The translations under genes and the position numbers were made by a program. This document shows, one piece after another, positions 1 to 7,417 of a stretch of DNA of 32,000 bases. Location: the NCBI GenBank assembly GCA_016196885.1, contig JACPWU010000011.1, positions 105,467-137,466 of the forward strand. The letters are read 5' to 3'. Below the pieces are notes generated by a model, which made no database searches, was not told the origin of the DNA, and was given only the letters and a program-made list of their open reading frames with translations. This stretch comes from Chlamydiota bacterium (GTDB lineage: Bacteria > Auribacterota > JACPWU01). Positions within the stretch are counted from its first letter, which is position 1. The number at the start of each line of letters is the position of its first letter.

Positions 1-1030
1 CGGGTCTGGCGCAGAATCATATGCAAAATCAAAATTTACAGGAAGTTATCAGCTCTACTCTTTGATGACCCATAAGTATGAAAAACCGATTCCGACCCCT
101 GTGAAGAACTTGGGAGCGGCCAATAAAACTTGCGAACAATGTCATTGGCCCCAATATTTCTTTTCTTCAAAGGAAAAGGTTTTCCAGCATTTCTTGGGTG
201 ATGAATTAAACACGTATTGGCCCATCAAAATGCTCATCAAGATCGGCGGCGAACAAACGGGAGCGCCGCAACAAACAGGGATTCACTGGCATATGAATAT
301 CAATAATGACCTTCAATACATCGCACGTGATGAAAAAAGACAAGATATTGTCTGGATTAAACTAACCAACAAAACAACCGGCGAAGTGAAAGAATTCATG
401 TCTAAGGCCAATCCCCTTGCGCCAGAAGAACTCAAAAAAGCACAATCCCACACCTTTGACTGCATTGATTGCCATAACCGCCCGAGCCATCGATTTCCAA
501 CCCCTACAGTTTCTATCAACGAGGCCTTGAGTATGTCACGACTCGATACGAAATTACCCTATATCAAGCGTGAAGCCGTAAAGGCTTTAAGCCAGGAATA
601 TTCAACCACGGACGATGCCTTGCGTACCATTCGCAAACAACTTACAGAGTTTTATCAAAAGGAATATCCTGATCTTTCTAGAAATGAGAATGCCAAAATT
701 GAGCGTGCGATTCAAGAAATCCAGGATATCCTGCGCAATACTCAATTTCCTGAAATGAAGGCGCGTTGGAATTCTCATCCGGACAATATCGGTCATATGG
801 AGAATCAAGGCTGCTTTCGCTGTCATGGCAACGACGATCTAATGACCCCGGATGGGAAAACCATTGGCAGAAACTGTTCAACCTGCCATGAAATATTGTC
901 TCAGGGACCCGATTCAGAAAACGAATCACCTGGACAGGCAAAAGAATTCAAACATCCCGTAGATCTGGGTATGGAGCCTGAAGAGATGGATTGCATGAGT
1001 TGCCATTCAGATCCCAAGAGTCTATATTAG
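1..1030 (+). CDS. Multihaem c-type cytochrome, C-terminal portion (gene start lies upstream of the window)
   Basis: The frame of listed ORF 62..1030 stays open back to base 2, so the TTG/ATG at 62-67 is probably internal. The product carries five CxxCH haem-attachment motifs (CEQCH, CIDCH, CFRCH, CSTCH, CMSCH). TAG stop at 1028-1030. Confidence 0.8.
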   Translation, partial: GSGAESYAKSKFTGSYQLYSLMTHKYEKPIPTPVKNLGAANKTCEQCHWPQYFFSSKEKVFQHFLGDELNTYWPIKMLIKIGGEQTGAPQQTGIHWHMNINNDLQYIARDEKRQDIVWIKLTNKTTGEVKEFMSKANPLAPEELKKAQSHTFDCIDCHNRPSHRFPTPTVSINEALSMSRLDTKLPYIKREAVKALSQEYSTTDDALRTIRKQLTEFYQKEYPDLSRNENAKIERAIQEIQDILRNTQFPEMKARWNSHPDNIGHMENQGCFRCHGNDDLMTPDGKTIGRNCSTCHEILSQGPDSENESPGQAKEFKHPVDLGMEPEEMDCMSCHSDPKSLY

Positions 1031-1084
1031 AATCCCGCGACCCAGAAGGAAATACCCCTGAAGCGATCAGAAAAAGGCCCCCTG

Positions 1085-1522
1085 TCATTCTACGGTGTTA
1101 AAGGGAACCGTCCTGGATATTTGAGCAATGGCATGTCCCTTCTGAAAAACTTCAATCGTTATATTGATAAGAAATTTTCCCAAAATCCCTTTTGGAATTG
1201 TAAAACCATAACGGTCCCTTCTTGTCCCTTCCATGGGGGATCGCTTCTCTCTATCCTTTAAAACAATATTGCCCTTGGCATCGAAAATTTCAATTTTAAT
1301 AAAGGTTCTTGATTTTTTGGAAAATCCCTTTCGAGTGTATTTGATCTGAAGTGTCAATTCGCTTCCGGACTTAACCGTTTTTTCGCTCAAATCATTCCAT
1401 GCATCATCATAGAGAATGACATATTGAAGTTCCAGCTTCGAACTTTCCGGATATGCCTTAACATTCAAGATGCTCGCAAAAAAAGAAACAATGAGAATAT
1501 GAAAAAATACTTTTTTTGACAT
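1085..1522 (-). CDS. Hypothetical small secreted protein, no family recognised
   Basis: ORF 1085..1555 on the minus strand. The internal Met at 1522 is followed directly by a signal-peptide-like segment (MSKKVFFHILIVSFFASILNVKA), so 1522 is the more likely start. No motif I recognise. Confidence 0.5.
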   Translation of the reverse strand: MSKKVFFHILIVSFFASILNVKAYPESSKLELQYVILYDDAWNDLSEKTVKSGSELTLQIKYTRKGFSKKSRTFIKIEIFDAKGNIVLKDREKRSPMEGTRRDRYGFTIPKGILGKFLINITIEVFQKGHAIAQISRTVPFNTVE

Positions 1523-1589
1523 AACTCTTCTCACAATCTGATGAGAAACATACATGACTTTCAGTCACAAAGGGGGATGAAAATCACCC

Positions 1590-1638
1590 TTGTAGTCGCC
1601 CCATTTATGGGGCTGCCCGATGAATCGGGCAACTACAA
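1590..1638. repeat. REP-like palindromic element, copy A (outer stem plus two GC tetraloop hairpins)
   Basis: TTGTAGT (1590-1596) pairs with ACTACAA (1632-1638). Inner hairpins are GCCCCA-TTTA-TGGGGC (1598-1613) and GCCCGA-TGAA-TCGGGC (1615-1630). A near-identical copy lies at 5374-5438. Confidence 0.8.
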
Positions 1639-1826
1639 ATCATCATAACTTATTGTATAAGAACAACTAAAGACTATTTTCAGATGAAATGCGGGCTAAA
1701 GACCAAGCCAATGCTGCCAAAATAACGCCAGGCAATTCTATATGGCCCCCCCTACCAAGTCCAGCCAAAACGCAACATTGCCAATCTATGACTCTTCTCT
1801 ATGGATTGAAGGAGTAGATTTTTTTA

Positions 1827-1854
1827 CTGACCGCTGATCGCTGAATACTGTATC
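1827..1854. repeat. Tandem heptamer array CTGAnnn x4
   Basis: CTGACCG CTGATCG CTGAATA CTGTATC read directly, ending 10 nt before the ATG at 1864. Confidence 0.7.
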
Positions 1855-1863
1855 TTGTTCCTA

Positions 1864-3828
1864 ATGATTGCCTTTCATAAAGAAATTTTAAAAAATTACG
1901 AGCGAGCCTCTCACCGAGAGTGGGTGATTGGAAACGGCCTGGGAGGCTATGCGTCTTCTACCATCTGTGGAGGAAATACACGGCGATATCACGGCCTTCT
2001 TGTTTCAAGTGTAAAGCCACCCCTCGGTCGCATGGTGATTCTCTCCAAAGTGGAAGAAACCATTCACATCAATGGAAAGTCTTATGATCTTTCTTGCAAT
2101 AAATTCCCTGAAACGATTCACCCCATGGGGCATCAAAATTTAGAGCTTTTCTCTTTTGAATTTTATCCCAAATTTATTTATTCCGTGGATGGGATTAGAC
2201 TGGAAAAAAACATTTACATGATTTTTGAGAAAAATGCGACGATCATTTTTTATCGGCTTTTAGAGAGTCCCCGCCCTATTAAACTGAGCCTGATGAGCTT
2301 TATCGCCTGCCGTCGATTTCACGAGCTGACGCATGAAAATCCATTCTTTAACCAAGAGGTGGAAGTGAACGAGGGCCTTTTGAGAATGAAGCCTTATAAA
2401 AGCTCTCCCATGATTCACCTTTTTTACAGCCCCGCCCAATTTGCAAACAATCCACTCTGGTACTTGAATTTCGAATACGAGGAAGAATACCGAAGAGGTT
2501 TAGATTATAGAGAGGATCTTTTTACACCCGGAGATTTAACATTTGATCTGGCGCCGGGAGGTTCTTGTTTTCTCATTGCCTCCACAGATGAACTCTCCTC
2601 TTCTGATCTTCTTCAAGCCGAGTTCAAAGAAACCGAACGCAAGAAAATGATTCTCAAAAATTGTGATAAGGATAATAAAATTTCTTTTTCCCTTTTTTTG
2701 GCCGCGGATAGTTTTATTGTTCAGCGCGGAGAAAAGGGCTCGGCCTCTGTCATCGCCGGTTATCACTGGTTCAGTGATTGGGGGCGAGACACCATGATCA
2801 GTCTTCCGGGTCTGACCCTCGCCACCGGGAGATTCGACTTGGCTAAAAGTATTCTCAACACCTTTTCAAAATATGTCTCTGAGGGGATGCTCCCCAACCG
2901 CTTCCCGGATGAAGGGGAAGAGCCTGACTACAACACGGTGGATGCCACGCTCTGGTTTTTCAATGCCGCTTATCAATATTTTCTTTACACGGGCGATGAA
3001 GGTTTTATTCGCACCATTTTATTTCCGGTTTTTAAAGACATTATTCAGTGGCATGAAAAAGGAACCCGTTATCAAATTCATGTGGATGAAGACGGCCTCC
3101 TTTACGCGGGCGAAAAGGGCACGCAGCTCACGTGGATGGATGCCAAGGTCGGAGATCAAGCCATCACGCCCCGCATTGGGAAGGCAGTGGAGGTCAATGC
3201 CCTGTGGTACAACACGCTCAGAATTATGGAATTTTTCTCGGATCGCTTCGGCTATCAGCCGCTCCGGGACCATTACGGATCCATGGCCGAGACTGCTCGA
3301 AAAAATTTCAACCGGCTTTTCTGGAACAAGGATAAGGATTGTCTATACGATTGTATATACAAAGAAGAAATGGACCCCTCCATTCGGCCCAATCAAATTT
3401 TCGCCATCAGCCTTCCCTTCCCCATTCTGAGGGTAGAGAAACACCGCTCTGTCTTGAAAGTCATTGAAAAAGAATTGCTCACGCCTTATGGCTTAAGAAG
3501 TCTTTCTCCCAAAGATCCAAGATATGTTGGAAAATATTCTGGGAATGTCCTTGCCAGAGACAAGGCTTACCACCAGGGAACCGTTTGGCCCTGGCTTTTA
3601 GGGCCCTATGTCACGACCTTTTTTCGGGTCTATGGACGAAACTCTAAAACCATCGAAAAGGCCAAATCTCTTTTAGAACCTTTCCGGGATCATCTCTACG
3701 AAGGCGGCCTGGGAACTATCTGTGAACTCTTTGACGGAGATCCCCCCCATGATGCCAATGGCTGCATCTCTCAAGCCTGGAGCGTTGCGGAACTTTTACG
3801 CGTCATAGTGGAAGAATTGGGGGAATGA
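1864..3828 (+). CDS. Glycogen debranching enzyme / amylo-alpha-1,6-glucosidase family
   Basis: Long ORF 1855..3828. The first ATG is at 1864 (the TTG at 1855 is an alternative start). Family-typical blocks: NGLGGYAS, RRYHGLL, GYHWFSDWGRDTMISLPGL, YNTVDATLWF, WMDA, AYHQGTVWPWL, GCISQAWSVAE. Confidence 0.85.
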   Translation: MIAFHKEILKNYERASHREWVIGNGLGGYASSTICGGNTRRYHGLLVSSVKPPLGRMVILSKVEETIHINGKSYDLSCNKFPETIHPMGHQNLELFSFEFYPKFIYSVDGIRLEKNIYMIFEKNATIIFYRLLESPRPIKLSLMSFIACRRFHELTHENPFFNQEVEVNEGLLRMKPYKSSPMIHLFYSPAQFANNPLWYLNFEYEEEYRRGLDYREDLFTPGDLTFDLAPGGSCFLIASTDELSSSDLLQAEFKETERKKMILKNCDKDNKISFSLFLAADSFIVQRGEKGSASVIAGYHWFSDWGRDTMISLPGLTLATGRFDLAKSILNTFSKYVSEGMLPNRFPDEGEEPDYNTVDATLWFFNAAYQYFLYTGDEGFIRTILFPVFKDIIQWHEKGTRYQIHVDEDGLLYAGEKGTQLTWMDAKVGDQAITPRIGKAVEVNALWYNTLRIMEFFSDRFGYQPLRDHYGSMAETARKNFNRLFWNKDKDCLYDCIYKEEMDPSIRPNQIFAISLPFPILRVEKHRSVLKVIEKELLTPYGLRSLSPKDPRYVGKYSGNVLARDKAYHQGTVWPWLLGPYVTTFFRVYGRNSKTIEKAKSLLEPFRDHLYEGGLGTICELFDGDPPHDANGCISQAWSVAELLRVIVEELGE

Positions 3829-3839
3829 ATACGACAGTT

Positions 3840-3867
3840 GTGAGGGGTGAGTCGTGCGGGGTGAGTT
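3840..3867. repeat. Tandem heptamer array GTGnGnn x4
   Basis: GTGAGGG GTGAGTC GTGCGGG GTGAGTT, 12 nt after the TGA at 3826-3828. Closely related to the array at 15633-15660. Confidence 0.7.
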
Positions 3868-3891
3868 TAAAATAAATAAATATGTATATTT

Positions 3892-3932
3892 TAACAAATA
3901 ATCCTAGGATTATTTGTTATTTTACGTATAAT
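3892..3932 (+). promoter_or_regulatory. 28-bp perfect palindrome (candidate operator) followed by a perfect TATAAT box
   Basis: TAACAAATAATCCT/AGGATTATTTGTTA at 3892-3919, all 14 pairs checked base by base. TATAAT at 3927-3932 lies only 10 nt before the ATG at 3943, and no Shine-Dalgarno sequence sits between them. Confidence 0.5.
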
Positions 3933-3942
3933 ATCTTTCCGT

Positions 3943-5265
3943 ATGAGAATCCATCGCCATTTTCTACACTCAGAGCTTTTAAAGCATTTCCAAAACCCTA
4001 AAGAAGTCATTGTCTTAGAAGGGGTTAGACAAACGGGTAAAACAACACTCATCAAACAGTCTTTAGAAGGGAAACCCTCCCTCATCGTCACTCTGACAGA
4101 TGAAACCGTTCCTGTCATTCGCTTGAGGGAAGCTGCGACCTTTGAAGATTTTTCGGAAATTCTTGCCCGTGATTTTCATTTTCATCCTCGTGACGCAAAA
4201 CCGCTTGTCATTGATGAAGCCCAAAAATCTCTCCACTTGCATAAGTTCATTCTCAAAATGCATTCTGACTGGAAGGAAACACCCCTTGTCTTGTCAGGTT
4301 CAGCCATGGGTGTTTTCTTTAAAAGAAGTGAAATCCAAAAAACGGTTTCACCTGCCGGAAGGGTTCGACGTTTTGTCTGTCGAGTCTTTTCTTTTGCGGA
4401 ATATCTGGAACTGAAAGGAGAGGAAACACTGCTCTCGCAGATCCGTCATTTCAATCTGGGTCAAACCTTACATCCAACTCTACATGAGCGCCTCATGAAT
4501 CTCTTTTATGATTATCTCTCATCGGGGGGATTTCCAGAGGCGATTAAGTTTGGAACAACGGAAAAAATTTATGATTATCTGGAAACACTTCTCTCTTTTT
4601 TCTGGCAAGATGCAGACCGATACCTTAGTGAACTCATGGGTTCTAACAAAAGACAATACGGAATGTTGTTTAGAACCATTCTAGAAAGTGTTGCACGTCT
4701 AACCTGTTTTAACTCTACACGGGCGAGTCTCATCTCGACAGATTCTCCAGCGTACCGCACAGACTTGCCTGTTCTGTTGGATGCCGCAGAGGAATGGCAT
4801 TTTCTGTTTCGACTTCCGACATACATGGAGTCTTTGACCCCTCAAAGGCACAGCTCCAAAAAATATTTATGGGATGTCGGCGTCGTAAACCACTTTCTAA
4901 ACGTGGGACGCCCTATTTCAGGTTCATCGTCGCCGGAGCTCCTCGCCAAACTTCTGGAGTCCTTTACAGCCCAAGAACTTATTTTTGCCTTGAGACACAA
5001 AGAGAGACTCTTTTCTTGGAAGAGTCAGGTTAAGCAGCCCAAAGAAATGGATTTCCTCGCCCGCTTTCCTGAAAAAGATGTAGGTATCGAAGTCAAATCA
5101 TCTTCCTCTATCAGTCAAAAGGCCATTTCCCAATTGAGGGAATTTAAAAAGAGAAATCCAAAAGCCCCTTGTTTTGTGATTTATCTGGGCCCTGTGATGC
5201 AAATCGAAAACATCTGGTTCATTCCTCCTTATTTGCTGGGTGAACTGGCAAGATGGGTAAAGTAA
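3943..5265 (+). CDS. AAA-family ATPase with C-terminal DUF4143 / PD-(D/E)XK-like domain (AAA_14 type)
   Basis: Walker A GVRQTGKTT, Walker B LVIDEAQ. C-terminal nuclease-like motif MDFLARFPEKDVGIEVKSS (D...ExK). 440 aa, stand-alone gene. Confidence 0.8.
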   Translation: MRIHRHFLHSELLKHFQNPKEVIVLEGVRQTGKTTLIKQSLEGKPSLIVTLTDETVPVIRLREAATFEDFSEILARDFHFHPRDAKPLVIDEAQKSLHLHKFILKMHSDWKETPLVLSGSAMGVFFKRSEIQKTVSPAGRVRRFVCRVFSFAEYLELKGEETLLSQIRHFNLGQTLHPTLHERLMNLFYDYLSSGGFPEAIKFGTTEKIYDYLETLLSFFWQDADRYLSELMGSNKRQYGMLFRTILESVARLTCFNSTRASLISTDSPAYRTDLPVLLDAAEEWHFLFRLPTYMESLTPQRHSSKKYLWDVGVVNHFLNVGRPISGSSSPELLAKLLESFTAQELIFALRHKERLFSWKSQVKQPKEMDFLARFPEKDVGIEVKSSSSISQKAISQLREFKKRNPKAPCFVIYLGPVMQIENIWFIPPYLLGELARWVK

Positions 5266-5373
5266 AAATAAATCAAAAATAAAATATCAAAATGACAAAC
5301 CAAAATCCAAAATGTATCTATGTCATGGATTATGAAACCATTTTAAATTTTGATTTTTGCTATGAGAGGCTCA

Positions 5374-5438
5374 TTTTGTAGTCGCCCCATTTATGGGGCT
5401 ACCCATGGATTTGCCCGATGAATCGGGCGACTACAAAA
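5374..5438. repeat. REP-like palindromic element, copy B
   Basis: TTTTGTAGTC (5374-5383) pairs with GACTACAAAA (5429-5438). It has the same two hairpins as copy A (5384-5399 and 5413-5428) plus about 12-13 extra nt (ACCCATGGATTT) between them. It ends 11 nt before the tldD ATG. Confidence 0.8.
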
Positions 5439-5449
5439 GCTAAAAATTT

Positions 5450-6934
5450 ATGCAAATGAAAGAACATAAATATCATTTCACCTCCGAATCCCTCGCCCAA
5501 GAAGCGCTAGGTGAGGCTGTTAGCTTAGGAGCCACTTATGCAGATGTGCGCCTGATCGAATCTGGCTCGAGAGCGCTCGCGACTAAAAACGGGGTTCCAA
5601 CCAGTCTTGATTTTGAAGAGTCTCAAGGTTTAGGCATCCGTCTTCTTTGTCAAGGGGCTTGGGGCTTCGCGGCCACACACGACCTTTCCAAAGAAAATGT
5701 GATTCGGACTGCTTTCAAGGCTATTAAAATCGCGAGAGCCAGTGCCCTTGCCCAAAAAACCCCCGTCAAACTTGCACAAGAATCGCCGATTCAAACCGAA
5801 TGGTCGACACCCTATTTAATAGATCCCTTCTCCATATCGATTGATGAGCAATTGAATTTCCTTTTTCAAATAGACGAGGCAGCTCGAAAAATCAAAGGGA
5901 TTAGCATCGTTGAGACCCAAATGCATTTTGAAAAAGAGAAAAAACTTTTTCTTTCCAGTGAGGGGTCTAGAATCCTCCAAAATTTTATCACTTCAGGAGC
6001 CGGCTTTAATGTTCTCGCTTTTAAAGGGGGAGATTTACAAAAGCGGTCTTATCCCAACTCTTTTGGCGGACAATACCAAAGAAAAGGTTATGAACTTATT
6101 CATGAACTAAAGCTTCTAGAAAATGTCCCACGCATGGCTGAAGAAGCCGTTCAACTTCTTTCAGCCCCCAGCTGTCCTCAAGGAGAAAAGGATCTGATTC
6201 TAGATAGCTCTCAGTTGGGCCTTCAAATTCATGAATCGGTGGGCCATCCGATCGAATTGGACCGCGTTTTAGGAAGCGAAGCCAATTATGCAGGCAAAAG
6301 TTTTTTGACCTTAGACCAGTTGCACCATCTTCAATATGGATCTCCCCTTGTCCATGTCGTTGCAGATGCAACAGCTTCTCATGGACCGGGACTCGGAACT
6401 TTTGGATTTGACGATGAAGGCGTCCCTGCCCAGAGAACTGATATTATTCGAGAGGGACATTTTGTCGGCTACCTCTCTTCTCGCGAAACAGCCCCTGCCA
6501 TTCATGAGAATCGTAGCAATGGAACCATGCGGGCCGAAAGTTGGAATCGCATCCCGTTGATTCGCATGACCAATGTCAGCCTTCTACCTCAAGCCGGCAC
6601 GTTTGAAGAATTAATCTTAAGTACGCGAGACGGAATTTATTTAGAAACCAACCGTAGTTGGAGCATTGATGATCGAAGGCTTAATTTTCAATTTGGAACC
6701 GAAATCGGCTGGGAGATTAAAAATGGTAAAAAAGGCCGCATGGTTAAAAATCCGATTTATTGGGGGATGACCCCTGAATTCTGGAACGCCTGTGACTGGA
6801 TTTGTGACGCGAATCATTGGACGCTGTGGGGCACTCCCAATTGCGGCAAAGGCCAGCCCTGTCAAACGATGGGGACAGGGCATGGCGCGAGCCCCGCTAG
6901 GTTTCTTGCGGTAAACGTTGGGGCCAGCCATTGA
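5450..6934 (+). CDS. tldD: TldD-family metalloprotease (peptidase U62)
   Basis: 494-aa ORF with the HExxxH-type block HESVGHPIELDRV and a TldD/PmbA-like C-terminal region (GTPNCGKGQP...GHG). A paralogous pmbA lies downstream. Confidence 0.85.
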   Translation: MQMKEHKYHFTSESLAQEALGEAVSLGATYADVRLIESGSRALATKNGVPTSLDFEESQGLGIRLLCQGAWGFAATHDLSKENVIRTAFKAIKIARASALAQKTPVKLAQESPIQTEWSTPYLIDPFSISIDEQLNFLFQIDEAARKIKGISIVETQMHFEKEKKLFLSSEGSRILQNFITSGAGFNVLAFKGGDLQKRSYPNSFGGQYQRKGYELIHELKLLENVPRMAEEAVQLLSAPSCPQGEKDLILDSSQLGLQIHESVGHPIELDRVLGSEANYAGKSFLTLDQLHHLQYGSPLVHVVADATASHGPGLGTFGFDDEGVPAQRTDIIREGHFVGYLSSRETAPAIHENRSNGTMRAESWNRIPLIRMTNVSLLPQAGTFEELILSTRDGIYLETNRSWSIDDRRLNFQFGTEIGWEIKNGKKGRMVKNPIYWGMTPEFWNACDWICDANHWTLWGTPNCGKGQPCQTMGTGHGASPARFLAVNVGASH

Positions 6935-6939
6935 TAGCA

Positions 6940-6986
6940 AGATCTAACGCAGATCTGTTACGCGGATCGAACGCAGATCTGGAGCG
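6940..6986. repeat. Left flanking word array of the GxxExxY cassette
   Basis: AACGCAGATCTG occurs twice (6946-6957 and 6970-6981), with CGCGGATC (6961-6968) between the copies. These are reverse complements of the GATCCGCG/GATCYGC words at 7368-7417. Confidence 0.7.
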
Positions 6987-6989
6987 AGT

Positions 6990-7391
6990 ATGGCGTTACT
7001 ATACCGAGATATCACGTATGAGATCAGAGGGGCATGTTTCTGGATATGGAAAGAATTTGGAAACGCTTTCAAAGAATCTATTGTTGACAAAGCCCTCACG
7101 GAAGAACTCAGAAAAAGAGGGCTTAAAGTTACCGATCAAAAGCGCATTGACGTTTTTTATAACAACAAAAAGGTTGGAACTTATGTCCCGGATAAAATCG
7201 TCAATGATTGCGTCCTTGTTGAGATCAAGAGGAAACCCTTTTTGCTTAAGCAAGATAAAGAACAGTTTTGGCATTATCTCAAAGGTTCTAGTTATAAACT
7301 AGGAATGTTAATCAACTTCGGAGAAAGGGGATTGGAAATCAAGCGAGTCATCTACGACATCAAGAGAGGGATCCGCATCAGATCCGCGTAG
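6990..7391 (+). CDS. GxxExxY-family protein (PD-(D/E)XK fold)
   Basis: 133 aa. N-terminal ITYEIRGACFWIWKEFGNAFKESIVDKAL and core D-x-VLVEIK match the family pattern. The last codons (GIRIRSA) are encoded by the right flanking repeat. Confidence 0.8.
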   Translation: MALLYRDITYEIRGACFWIWKEFGNAFKESIVDKALTEELRKRGLKVTDQKRIDVFYNNKKVGTYVPDKIVNDCVLVEIKRKPFLLKQDKEQFWHYLKGSSYKLGMLINFGERGLEIKRVIYDIKRGIRIRSA

Positions 7392-7417
7392 AGGATCCGC
7401 GTTTGATCCACGTCAAC
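7368..7417. repeat. Right flanking word array of the GxxExxY cassette
   Basis: GATCCGC at 7370, GATCCGCG at 7381, GATCCGCG at 7394 and GATCCACG at 7405, spaced 11-13 nt apart. Inverted relative to the left flank. Confidence 0.7.

Noticed and set aside
1590-1638. tRNA or tRNA fragment (multi-hairpin shape)
   Set aside because: It is only 49 nt and has two hairpins rather than three. There is no T-loop consensus (GTTCRANYC) and no D-loop or anticodon-loop geometry.
2873-3430. 185-aa plus-strand ORF, plus smaller ORFs 2536..2766(-), 3019..3273(-) and 3132..3335(+), inside the debranching-enzyme gene
   Set aside because: These are alternative-frame or antisense shadows of a long ORF that carries clear family motifs. 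Their translations are R/S/P-rich low complexity with no start-site context.
3840-3867. G-quadruplex in the GTGAGGGGTGAGTCGTGCGGGGTGAG string
   Set aside because: It has only two runs of four G, and a canonical intramolecular quadruplex needs four runs.
6931-7302. 123-aa ORF overlapping the GxxExxY gene in another frame, plus the antisense ORF 6999..7274
   Set aside because: The 6990..7391 frame carries the recognisable GxxExxY / D...ExK pattern. The other two have no motifs and start inside the repeat array.
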